A DNA stretch of 64,000 bases, taken from a bacterium (GTDB lineage: Bacteria > Auribacterota > Auribacteria > Auribacterales > Auribacteraceae). Positions 49,477 through 58,600 of this stretch are shown here, in pieces; position 1 is the first letter of the stretch; the number at the start of each line of letters is the position of its first letter. The position numbers and the translations under genes are program-made. The stretch spans positions 184,542-248,541 of the forward strand of contig JAHDNF010000004.1 of assembly GCA_018435605.1 (NCBI GenBank), written 5' to 3'. The notes under the pieces were generated by a model that saw nothing but the letters and a program-made list of their open reading frames with translations, did not search any database and had not been told where the DNA came from.

Positions 49477-49846
49477 ATATCATCCAATTCCCAAAAGATA
49501 ATTCGGTTATTTCGGTGGATTTCTTTAGATAAAACATGAATGCCAATGACTTATTCCCAAAACAAATTTATTAAAATCAAATAAGTTTTCTTAGAATTAA
49601 CACACGGTTATTTGCATAAACGGAAAAAGCATGGTAAAATTCTTGTAATAACCTGTGAATGCTTTCAGAAAATAAATATCTTTTCACAAAAAAGGTGTGA
49701 CAATGAAAGTGTGTAATCTATTTGCATACCGTATCTTGTGCTTTGTAGTATTTGCGGTTTTTATTTATACGCCGGCTTTTTCAGCATACTACTTTATAGA
49801 TAATACACTGAACATAACTTAAAATATTTCTGCTGATCAAATAATT

Positions 49847-50075
49847 GTGGGGTATTTCGGAACAGGCGTCGTAAACCAATCGGGATATACCGTTTCCACA
49901 ATTACCGATGGACAGATGCGAATCGGTGAGGAGACTGGATCCACAGGGACATATAACTTACACGGCGGAACAATTGATATCAGAGGTCATGAGGTAATGA
50001 GGTCATCGGATTCCACGGTACCGGAAATTTTTATCAAACCGGCGGCACATTGAATATCAATAAAAGTATGCTTGC
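49847..50075 (+). pseudogene. Frameshifted remnant of a protein with PATR-like (autotransporter-associated beta-strand) repeats
   Basis: Frame 1 gives GTYNLHGGTIDIRG. It then shifts to frame 2 giving GTGNFYQTGGTLNINKSMLA*. Both resemble the G-x-G-x-x-x-L-x-GGTL repeat. No intact long ORF. Confidence 0.25.
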
Positions 50076-50135
50076 CTGAATAATTCAGGCTAATTTGGAG
50101 TTTATGTAAAAAAGTTTAACAGTGCGGAGTAATCT

Positions 50136-51056
50136 ATGAAAAAATCTATCCTTGTATTTTTGTTGGTATTTTATACTTATAACGTATACGGATCAGTCTT
50201 TTACACAAACAATCGAAATGATGCCAGAGTATTAAAAGTAGACACTACAACAGGTGTTGTCTCAGTATTTCTTGATGGAGCTGTGGACGGTTTGATGAAT
50301 AATTCGGTTGGTCTGGCTTTAAGCAATGATAATAGCATATTGTACGTTACCGCCAGCAACGGCAAAATTTTTCAATATGATACCTCCACAGGCATTGGAA
50401 CCGAACTGGTATCCGGCCTTACACTGCCTCACGCCATAGCTTTTGATCAAACAGGTTACGTATATGTGAGCCATCCGGTCACAAAGACAATAGCGAAGAT
50501 CAGCCCTGACGGGACATCTGTAACGACATTCATTTCAGGAGGATATTTAACAGAACCGGCAGGATTGTTATTCGATAATTACGGTAACTTATACGTTGCC
50601 AACGGAACCGGCGGCAATATCCTCAAGTATGATTCCAACGGCACATATATAGATACGTTTGCCTCTACAGGATTGCTAAGACCCGGCATATTGTATCTAG
50701 ACCAAGATGACAATCTATACGTGGCAGATCGTTTAGCCAGAAAAGTTAACAAATATGATTTGTCAGGAAACCTGCTTTTGCAGATTACAACCGGATTACA
50801 TGATCCGCTCGGTATGGGACATGACTCGGAAGGAAATCTGTATGTCGCGGACAGGACAAACAACTATATTGCCATATTTGATCCATACGGCGTTTTTATA
50901 GGAACAGTGACCGATCCTTTGTTCAAAGCGCCGGGATTTATAGTTTTTGAGAATTCGTTTTCCAACGACATCATACCTGAACCGCTTACATGTATTTCTA
51001 TGGGAACCGGTTTGATGTTTATCGCACGTAGATTGGTAAGACAAAAGCTGTTTTGA
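50136..51056 (+). CDS. NHL-repeat beta-propeller protein with PEP-CTERM sorting signal
   Basis: Signal peptide. Repeated NLYVAD/YVYVSHP NHL-like blades. C-terminus IIPEPLTCISMGTGLMFIARRLVRQKLF (PEP motif + TM + basic tail). Confidence 0.7.
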   Translation: MKKSILVFLLVFYTYNVYGSVFYTNNRNDARVLKVDTTTGVVSVFLDGAVDGLMNNSVGLALSNDNSILYVTASNGKIFQYDTSTGIGTELVSGLTLPHAIAFDQTGYVYVSHPVTKTIAKISPDGTSVTTFISGGYLTEPAGLLFDNYGNLYVANGTGGNILKYDSNGTYIDTFASTGLLRPGILYLDQDDNLYVADRLARKVNKYDLSGNLLLQITTGLHDPLGMGHDSEGNLYVADRTNNYIAIFDPYGVFIGTVTDPLFKAPGFIVFENSFSNDIIPEPLTCISMGTGLMFIARRLVRQKLF

Positions 51057-51137
51057 TTCGTACATAATTTAAAACAGTATGATTTATTGCGCTAAGCTAA
51101 ATTGACTATATAAACTTAACTTATGAGGTCTGCTTAA

Positions 51138-51908
51138 ATGAAAAATATTATTTCGTCTACACTATCGGCACTGCTTATATTTACTGTTTCAACGTTGTTC
51201 GGAGCAACCGTTACGTTTGAGGATCATTTTACAGACTCTGCCCTGCCTGCATGGCAATCACACACAACCAATGTTACAAGTTGGCAGGAAACCGTTGCCG
51301 GAAGTTCGCTTACTATATCCGGTATAACCCAAACCCCCGGAACTCCTGCAGGCCAATATGCCATGGTAACATATAAACATTATATAGGATATAACATGAC
51401 CGATTTTCATCTCAGGTGGGATATCTCGTGGACACAGGCTAACAATTCCTATGTTCAAGACATACAAATAAATTTAGGTCAATTGAAGATCGCCTTTGCC
51501 ATCGGCGATGTTTTTACAACTTCAAGGCCGTATCTGCTGTATATGCTCAATAATATTTGGTATAGCGGAGCTTCTATGCCATATAGCGGTTCAGGCTACG
51601 TCGATATTATCTATGAGACAAATCAGAATCTGACAATAAAATGGAATGATTCGACTGTCCTGTATTCCGGTTCTTATTCTCCTGTTTCTAACGACTTAAC
51701 CAGCATATCAATGATTTTTGCAAAATATATTGTCAGCGGCGGGCAATTTGGAACTCTTTCCACAGACCGCATTTTCTTCGAGGGTAACGGAACTCCTTTG
51801 CACTCCGAACCGCCGGTTGATCCGGAACAACCGGCTGTTCCTGAACCATTATCCATATTTTTACTTATATGTTCCGTTATAAGTTTAAAGATTTTTAAGC
51901 GTAAGTAG
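51138..51908 (+). CDS. Secreted protein with PEP-CTERM sorting signal
   Basis: Signal peptide. C-terminus AVPEPLSIFLLICSVISLKIFKRK. Confidence 0.6.
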   Translation: MKNIISSTLSALLIFTVSTLFGATVTFEDHFTDSALPAWQSHTTNVTSWQETVAGSSLTISGITQTPGTPAGQYAMVTYKHYIGYNMTDFHLRWDISWTQANNSYVQDIQINLGQLKIAFAIGDVFTTSRPYLLYMLNNIWYSGASMPYSGSGYVDIIYETNQNLTIKWNDSTVLYSGSYSPVSNDLTSISMIFAKYIVSGGQFGTLSTDRIFFEGNGTPLHSEPPVDPEQPAVPEPLSIFLLICSVISLKIFKRK

Positions 51909-52146
51909 GGGCTACTGCGCACATCTTTCAGAAGCTAGTTATCCTCGCTCGAACTGAAAGAGACCAACCTAAAAATACTACTTTTGCCAACAATTTTCTC
52001 AATTAATCTCTATTATAAGACGATACTTATGTATAAATAGATATTTATTTTCCCATAACGTTTCCTGCGAAGTAATATGCTGTAAGGGCAATTACGTTTT
52101 TTATTCTGCGATGGGAACCGATGGATTCATACTCAAAGAGGTTATT

Positions 52147-52407
52147 ATGCACAGAGAAAAATCCGATAAAAATACATGCCATACAGAACCGGTTATAGAT
52201 CTTTGCGGCAAGGTGTGCCCGTACCCTGTAGTAGAAGTAATCAGCCGGATCGAATCGATGAAACCCGGCGAACATTGCACTTTTTACGTTGACGATCCGC
52301 TTGCGATAAAATCTATACCCGAAGAACTTGAGGAATTCGAAGATATCATTTTACAAGTCAGCCCGAAAGGGCGCTTCTGGCAAATTAACGTATCGATAAA
52401 ACTTTAA
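52147..52407 (+). CDS. TusA/YedF-like sulfurtransferase-fold protein (CPxP motif)
   Basis: DLCGKVCPYPVV matches the TusA/SirA CPxP active-site motif. GAGG RBS before the ATG at 52147. Confidence 0.7.
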   Translation: MHREKSDKNTCHTEPVIDLCGKVCPYPVVEVISRIESMKPGEHCTFYVDDPLAIKSIPEELEEFEDIILQVSPKGRFWQINVSIKL

Positions 52408-52425
52408 TAAAAGGTTGACGGATTT

Positions 52426-52878
52426 ATGAAAAAATTATTGTACAGACCCCTTATCATGGTCGCCGGTTTCGCTTTGCTTAATGTGATCATGTATCTGACA
52501 ATTCACAAATTCTGGATAGGCGGTAGCAGTTTTCTGCCGATGGTGGGCAAACTGGGACCCGGCAACAAACTCATTTTTGCCTTTATAGTTAACATGGGGG
52601 TTATTGTCGGGTCATTCGTCGGCGCGTTTACCAGCGGCGAGTTTCGTTTTCGCCTGCCGCGCACGGAGAGCATCGCGCGGGGAATACTGGGCGGCATACT
52701 GATCGGTATAGGCATAACGCTTGCGCCCGGCACATGCACGACGGCGTTCGTTATCGGACTACCTATGCTGTCCATATCGTCGGTACTGTCAATTGCCGGT
52801 ATGTTTGCGGGCGGTTTTATAATGTATTCCATGACTATGGGAAAATGTTCCGTTAAACAAAAAAAGGAGATTATATAA
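52426..52878 (+). CDS. YeeE/YedE-family (DUF395) sulfur/selenium-compound transporter, N-terminal half
   Basis: Polytopic membrane protein with GILGGILIGIGITLAPGTC motif. TAATG overlap couples it to the next ORF. Confidence 0.6.
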   Translation: MKKLLYRPLIMVAGFALLNVIMYLTIHKFWIGGSSFLPMVGKLGPGNKLIFAFIVNMGVIVGSFVGAFTSGEFRFRLPRTESIARGILGGILIGIGITLAPGTCTTAFVIGLPMLSISSVLSIAGMFAGGFIMYSMTMGKCSVKQKKEII

Positions 52879-53435
52879 TGCCTGTCTCTCTTTTAATAGC
52901 CGGTTTTTTGTTTGGAATCGGATTCGGATACTTCGTGCAACGGGCTGGGCTATGCTTTGCACACGGTCTGGGTGAAATATTCACAGGACGCGGACAACGT
53001 ATTATACGGATGTTTTTGGTAATCTTCATTATATCGAGCATAGGGTTTATGGTATCCGGATACGTCAACCCTGAACTGGGTCTCAAGGCTATCGGGGAAC
53101 TGCGAGGTTACGGATTCTGGAATCTGATGTCCGGCGCTATCTTCGGAGCGGGTATCCTTCTTAACGGAGGATGCATACTTGGCACGTTGCGTCAGATCGG
53201 CGAAGGCAATATGTTGTTCTCTGTCATCCTGTTGTCGTTCATCCCCGGCATGGCGCTGGTTGTTTATGTACTGGATCCACTGCTGAAAAAAGGCTACAAC
53301 GTTCATAATATTCTTCTTGTTGATCTTATCCCTGTAGCGGCGCCGGTGATAACCGGGGTACTGGCGGTTGCTTCGATTATCTGGTTGATTATATTGGTCG
53401 GACAACAAAACGGCCGTAATAAACGGAATAATTAG
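52878..53435 (+). CDS. YeeE/YedE-family transporter, C-terminal half
   Basis: FGIGFGYFVQRAGLCFA and IFGAGILLNGGCILG repeats of the YeeE/YedE family. Confidence 0.6.
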   Translation: MPVSLLIAGFLFGIGFGYFVQRAGLCFAHGLGEIFTGRGQRIIRMFLVIFIISSIGFMVSGYVNPELGLKAIGELRGYGFWNLMSGAIFGAGILLNGGCILGTLRQIGEGNMLFSVILLSFIPGMALVVYVLDPLLKKGYNVHNILLVDLIPVAAPVITGVLAVASIIWLIILVGQQNGRNKRNN

Positions 53436-53439
53436 TTTT

Positions 53440-55893
53440 ATGGATAAAAGAAAATCTTCACATATCGAAAGCGCGTCTTCCATTCTTGAGAAACGCAATA
53501 AGGCGTTCAGAATACTTTATAACACTGTTATAGAAGTTACCCAAGCTCAGGACGACAATATATTTACCATTCTGACGCGCAATCTGCGCGAACTTTCGCA
53601 GGCCACAACTACTGCAATAGCAGTGGTTGACCGTAATTCCATGTCGATCGCACTTAAATCTGTAACCCATGATGGTGAGGATATTGTAATTGACGCTCAC
53701 CTACCCGCTCACACGGCATACATAACCCCTGAAATACTGAAAATTTTTTCGCAGGCGCTCATCCATGAGGTTAAAGAGAATGAAATCAACCTTGCTACAT
53801 TGTTTCCCGGCTCCTGTCTTGCGGATATGGTGCTCTCCTCCGATTCGGTCATTTATAATACGACGTGCATGCGCAATGAGGACGTATTCGCATTCGGACT
53901 GATTCATTTCAGCGATAACCGGCATATAAAAATGAAGGATATGGCCGATACGTATCTTGGCCTTGCGAGCGTAATTATACAGCGGGCTATGGCAGTGAGG
54001 GAATTAAATGTATCAAAACAGTGGTTTAAAAATCTCCTTGATTGTTCTCCTGTGGGTATTATGGTAGTCGACCAGAACCGCAAGATTGTTGAAGTCAACA
54101 ATGCCGCCATTCAAATGGTCGCCGGTTCAAAAGAAAGTATCACCGGCAAATCCTGCAAGGAACTAATCTGTAACGACAAAAGCGAAAGATGCCCTATTTT
54201 TGACGACGGGAAAACAATCAATCAGGATGAACGACTTATCAAACATACCTGCGGACGCAAAGTTCCGATTCTCAAAAACGCTATACCTGTCGAAATAGAT
54301 AATAAGAAGTACATTATAGAAACAATTGTCGATATCAGCGAACGCAAAAAAGTTGAAGAAGAACTTAAAAAAAGCGAAGAGACATTCAAATCTATTTTCG
54401 AAGTGGCCAACGATGCTATTTTTATACACAGAATACCGGACGGCAGAATCTTGAACGTAAATCAGAAAGCACTGGAAATGCTCGGATATACGAAAGAAGA
54501 AACTCTCAATATGTCGGTAGGTGAAATCAGCTCCAACGAAACGCCTTACACCGACACCGAAGCGCTGGCTTATATTGCTAATGCCATGAAATCACCCCAG
54601 TTGTTCGAATGGAAATTACGCCGTAAAAACGGCGACGTTTTTTACACGGAAGTCAACCTTAACAAGGTGTCCATTCTTGGCGAGGATCGTATTATGGCGA
54701 TCATTCGCGATATAAGCGAACGGCGCAAAATGGAAGAAGAACTGCTCAAAATCCGTAAACTGGAATCGGTTGGCGTTTTGGCAGGCGGAATAGCGCACGA
54801 TTTCAACAATCTTCTGACAGTGATCATCGGAAATATATCCGTAGCGCAGATGGACATCGACCCGCGAGACGAAAGCATGATGTCGCTTCTCGATAACGCC
54901 GCCAAAGCCGCTCTCCGCGCCAAAGATCTAAGCGGCCAGCTACTGACATTCTCAAAAGGCGGCACGCCGGTTAAAAAAGCTACCTCAATCCAAAATATGG
55001 TAATGGAATCGGTCAATTTCATGCTCAAAGGCTCTAATGTTAAATGTGTATTTTCCATTCCCGACCGATTATTTCAGGTTGAGATAGACGAAGGACAGAT
55101 AAGTCAAGTTATATACAATCTTGTTCTCAACGCCGTTCAAGCGATGCCCGCAGGCGGCACACTGCGCGTTTCATGCGAAAACAGTTTATTACCAGTCGAC
55201 TACACAGGACCTTCGCGCAAACTGTCGGAATGCGTGAAAATCAGCGTCGCCGACGAAGGCATAGGCATACCGGAATCAATTATCGGCAAAATATTCGACC
55301 CGTATTTCACCACCAAGGATAAAGATTCGGTAAAAGGCACGGGACTCGGATTATCAACCTGCTATTCTATCGTCAAAAAACACGGCGGTATGATCGAAGT
55401 AAAATCTAAAGTCAATGAAGGGTCTGTATTCAATGTATATCTTCCTGCGTCAACAACTGAAAATGTGAACGACACTCCAGTGCAGGAAGTAAAAATAGTA
55501 AGGGGCGCCGGACGGGTGCTGGTTATGGACGATGAACCTATGGTTCGATCCATCATGGGCGATATTCTAAAACGACTGGGCTATGAGACCGCGTTCGCCA
55601 GCAACGGCTCAGAAGCTATGGAAATGTACAACGAAGCCTACCATAATGATGTTCCTTTCGATGTAGTCATTATGGACCTTACCATTCCCGGAGGTATGGG
55701 AGGCAAAGACACCATGGAAAAATTATACAGGCAGTACCCGAACGTCAAAGCCATAGTATCCAGCGGTTACTCAAACGACCCTGTGATGTCCGACTACAAA
55801 CTCTACGGATTCAAGGGAGTAGTTAAAAAACCGGTCAGAATTAACGAATTGAGCGCAATGTTATACAGCGTTATGCATTCTTCGGACAGATAA
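53440..55893 (+). CDS. Hybrid sensor histidine kinase (GAF/PAS sensor domains - HisKA - HATPase_c - REC)
   Basis: H-box GGIAHDFNNLLTVIIGN. ATPase G-boxes (ADEGIGIP, GTGLGLS). C-terminal receiver (VLVMDDEPMV ... VVIMDLTIPGG). Confidence 0.8.
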   Translation: MDKRKSSHIESASSILEKRNKAFRILYNTVIEVTQAQDDNIFTILTRNLRELSQATTTAIAVVDRNSMSIALKSVTHDGEDIVIDAHLPAHTAYITPEILKIFSQALIHEVKENEINLATLFPGSCLADMVLSSDSVIYNTTCMRNEDVFAFGLIHFSDNRHIKMKDMADTYLGLASVIIQRAMAVRELNVSKQWFKNLLDCSPVGIMVVDQNRKIVEVNNAAIQMVAGSKESITGKSCKELICNDKSERCPIFDDGKTINQDERLIKHTCGRKVPILKNAIPVEIDNKKYIIETIVDISERKKVEEELKKSEETFKSIFEVANDAIFIHRIPDGRILNVNQKALEMLGYTKEETLNMSVGEISSNETPYTDTEALAYIANAMKSPQLFEWKLRRKNGDVFYTEVNLNKVSILGEDRIMAIIRDISERRKMEEELLKIRKLESVGVLAGGIAHDFNNLLTVIIGNISVAQMDIDPRDESMMSLLDNAAKAALRAKDLSGQLLTFSKGGTPVKKATSIQNMVMESVNFMLKGSNVKCVFSIPDRLFQVEIDEGQISQVIYNLVLNAVQAMPAGGTLRVSCENSLLPVDYTGPSRKLSECVKISVADEGIGIPESIIGKIFDPYFTTKDKDSVKGTGLGLSTCYSIVKKHGGMIEVKSKVNEGSVFNVYLPASTTENVNDTPVQEVKIVRGAGRVLVMDDEPMVRSIMGDILKRLGYETAFASNGSEAMEMYNEAYHNDVPFDVVIMDLTIPGGMGGKDTMEKLYRQYPNVKAIVSSGYSNDPVMSDYKLYGFKGVVKKPVRINELSAMLYSVMHSSDR

Positions 55894-55942
55894 ACCCGTA
55901 ACCGGTTAATCTGTCCAAATTCAGCCTGCTCGCCAATAATAA

Positions 55943-56074
55943 TTAAGATTTTCTCACCCGCCGCAGTACAAGACCACCCACACTCAACAGAACAAGTCCT
56001 ATGCTCGCCGGTTCAGGAATGACGACATCATCCGGCAATTCACTGTTCGACAACTCGCTGTCCATGATAAGCAT
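55943..56074 (-). CDS. Candidate 43-aa stand-alone PEP-CTERM mini-protein (below the ORF-track cutoff); alternatively the surviving tail of a decayed PEP-CTERM gene
   Basis: Hand translation of the minus strand gives MLIMDSELSNSELPDDVVIPEPASIGLVLLSVGGLVLRRVRKS*. This has PEP + hydrophobic helix + RRVRK. An in-frame stop lies 4 codons upstream of the ATG. Confidence 0.3.
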   Translation of the reverse strand: MLIMDSELSNSELPDDVVIPEPASIGLVLLSVGGLVLRRVRKS

Positions 56075-56399
56075 AACCCCTGCAGATCACGAAACAATAT
56101 TTCTGTAAATTCTGTTATAAAGGTTGACGTTGTTTAACAGATCGACATTGAGATAGTTTTTTTCGGTAGTCCTTTTGTCATGGATTTTCACAAAAATCAC
56201 CGTTAGTCACTACCTTTTTTTGTTAAAATCGATTTCTCTTGACATCACCGCTTGTTCATATAAAAATAGACAGTTACTACAGCCGGATTGGCAATATAAA
56301 TAACCTGCTGATATAGATAGGATAACTATCATGGTTGTTTATATAGCATGAATAACGGTAGGTAATAATCGGCACAGACAGTAGATTTTAAGGTGTCCC

Positions 56400-56936
56400 A
56401 TGAATAGAATCGAATTGGCATGGATGAAAGATAAGGCGGTAATCAGGGTTGTGGGAAAAGGAAGTTTTCTCAACAGCCGCAACTTCAAAGAAGCTGTCAT
56501 TGCATTGCTGGCAAGATCTGATAAAACGATCGTAATCGATTTCGCCGACTGTAGCGGCATGGACAGCACGTTTATCGGAGTTCTAACCGGCATAACGCTA
56601 AGAGAATTGAAAAAAAGCGACAAACAAATGCTACTAGCCAATCTGGGCAAATGCAACAGGGAGTTGCTGGAAACTCTGGGAGTAATCCGGTTTTTCAATG
56701 TGATGAAAAACGACTGTACATTCGATGCCGAATTCAAATCGGTTGCCGATACCCCCGAAGACCCCGACGGAGCCATAGAACAAATAAAACATATCCTCGA
56801 AGCTCACGATAACCTGATCAAAGCCAACGAGGAAAACATCGACCGATTCAAGCTGGTTAAACAAACGCTCGAACAGGAGCTCGCCCAAAAAATAGATGAA
56901 AAAAAACAACGCAACGGCAAGAAAAATCAACAATAA
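56400..56936 (+). CDS. STAS-domain protein (anti-sigma-factor antagonist / SpoIIAA-like) with C-terminal coiled-coil extension
   Basis: VIDFADCSGMDSTFIGVLTGI resembles the SpoIIAA/RsbV phosphorylatable-Ser region. ~100-aa STAS core plus a Lys/Glu-rich tail. Confidence 0.55.
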   Translation: MNRIELAWMKDKAVIRVVGKGSFLNSRNFKEAVIALLARSDKTIVIDFADCSGMDSTFIGVLTGITLRELKKSDKQMLLANLGKCNRELLETLGVIRFFNVMKNDCTFDAEFKSVADTPEDPDGAIEQIKHILEAHDNLIKANEENIDRFKLVKQTLEQELAQKIDEKKQRNGKKNQQ

Positions 56937-57056
56937 TTGCCGGATATCTTCTTTCCCCAGTTGCCAAAACGGGTGAAAGGTTGCCCTAAAAGGGAGGAAT
57001 AACATATCGTCACCTCTATTTTACTGTCTTTCAGCGTATTACTTCTTATTTTCACG

Positions 57057-58433
57057 TTGCGCCTCATTCAACGATGCCGCGACCTTGAGATTTTGCAACG
57101 CTCACTGATCGAAGAACGCAATATCATGGTCGATTTCCTTCGCGAAATAGGTAGCGCTTTTTCCGACTCACTGCAAATCGACGACCTGCTCACCATCGTT
57201 TTGCGAACAGCCAAAAGAATAACCGATGCCAACGCCGGCGTAATTTATCTGGTCGAAGACGACGGCAATATGTCCGCGCGGGTCATAGAAGGGCTGTTTC
57301 CGCCAATGGTGGAAGTAGGCTCCAACACGGAAACAAAATGGACTAGCAAACAAAAGTATATCCACGACATAATCAAATCGTATCCGGTTCACCGCGGAGA
57401 AGGAATACTCGGCAAGGTACTCGAAGATGGCCGGGCGGTATGCTTGGACAGCAAAGATATAAATACCAGCCAACTGATACCACGCTACAAATCCGATTTT
57501 TTACGCATCAAAAGCCTGATGGTAGTACCGCTAAAGCTGAAAAACAGGGTGCTGGGAGTCATGGCTGTAGTAAATAAACGATACCATGAAGTGTTCCGGC
57601 CGCAGGAACTGGCTTTGCTCGAATCGCTGGCCGAACAGGCGGCTGTGGCGTTGATAAACGCACGCCTGTCAATACAGCTGGCCGAACAAAAACAGTTGGA
57701 ATGGGAACTGCGCGTCGCTTCCGATATCCAAAATCTATTGATACCAAAAAAGATACCGCCTATACACGGCTATGAGTTGGCGGCAATCAGCCAGCCGGTT
57801 AGAAGCCTCGGTGGCGACTATTACGATATAGTTAAACTCGATTACGACCGATACGGAATAATCATCGCCGACGTGTCCGGCAAAGGTGTACCCGGAGCGA
57901 TCACCATAGCCATTTTCCGAAGCCTGTTTCGCAACTACGCCGTACGTTTCGAATCGCCGGCAAAAGTGCTGGTCGAAATCAACAACTGGCTCTACGGCGA
58001 AATGCAGGAAGATATGTTCATCACAGCCACATACGCAATCCTGTATCCAAAAGAAGGACGGCTCGTATGGAGCAGAGCCGGACATGAACCGATACTGTAC
58101 TATTCGAAAAAAGAAGAGGCAATTCACGCTTTTTCAGGAATGGGAGTCATGATGGGCATGACTTTCGGAAAAGATTTCGACTCGTTCCTCGAGGAAAACG
58201 AACTCTGCATCGGATCAGGCGACCTTATCACCCTATACACAGACGGTGTTATCGAAGCCCAAAACAAGGCAGGCTGTGAATTCGGTCGCGACAACCTATG
58301 TCAGGTCATTCGCGCAAACGCAGACAAAAAACCTCCTAAAGTACTGCAAAGCATCACATCTCAGGTTTCAAAGTTTTCAGGTTTGTCAAATTTTACCGAC
58401 GACATTACACTGCTGATACTCAAACGACTCTAA
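57057..58433 (+). CDS. GAF-domain PP2C (RsbU/SpoIIE-like) serine phosphatase
   Basis: GAF-like region, then GGDYYDIV ... ADVSGKGVPGAITIA ... LYTDGVIEAQN. Start uncertain (TTG 57057, or ATG 57126). A strong AGGGAGG RBS at 56991-56997 precedes an in-frame hydrophobic stretch. Confidence 0.65.
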   Translation: MRLIQRCRDLEILQRSLIEERNIMVDFLREIGSAFSDSLQIDDLLTIVLRTAKRITDANAGVIYLVEDDGNMSARVIEGLFPPMVEVGSNTETKWTSKQKYIHDIIKSYPVHRGEGILGKVLEDGRAVCLDSKDINTSQLIPRYKSDFLRIKSLMVVPLKLKNRVLGVMAVVNKRYHEVFRPQELALLESLAEQAAVALINARLSIQLAEQKQLEWELRVASDIQNLLIPKKIPPIHGYELAAISQPVRSLGGDYYDIVKLDYDRYGIIIADVSGKGVPGAITIAIFRSLFRNYAVRFESPAKVLVEINNWLYGEMQEDMFITATYAILYPKEGRLVWSRAGHEPILYYSKKEEAIHAFSGMGVMMGMTFGKDFDSFLEENELCIGSGDLITLYTDGVIEAQNKAGCEFGRDNLCQVIRANADKKPPKVLQSITSQVSKFSGLSNFTDDITLLILKRL

Positions 58434-58600
58434 CACCGCCTGCGCTACCGCCAAAGAAAATAAACCTCTGGAAAGAAAATGAGTCAAAGCGAAACGTGAA
58501 ATATATCTTGACAACAACTGCCATGATAATTAAATATAAATAGCTCGATTTTAGAAAATATTTTAATGGAACACTGTGTTTGTTTTGGAGGAAGCAGGGG

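Noticed and set aside
52045-52275. 76-aa minus-strand ORF overlapping the TusA-like gene
   Set aside because: No motifs. It overlaps a plus-strand CDS with a CPxP signature and good RBS.
56339-56776. 145-aa minus-strand ORF overlapping the STAS-domain gene
   Set aside because: It overlaps a plus-strand CDS with a recognisable STAS fold signature. The product is Ser/Leu-rich low complexity.
58434-58600. Possible sigma32 or sigma70 heat-shock promoter upstream of grpE (CTTGACAacaactgCCATGATAAT)
   Set aside because: Spacing between the CTTGA and CCAT elements (7 nt) is far from the sigma32 requirement (13-15). No TATAAT lies at 16-18 nt from the TTGACA. Not convincing.
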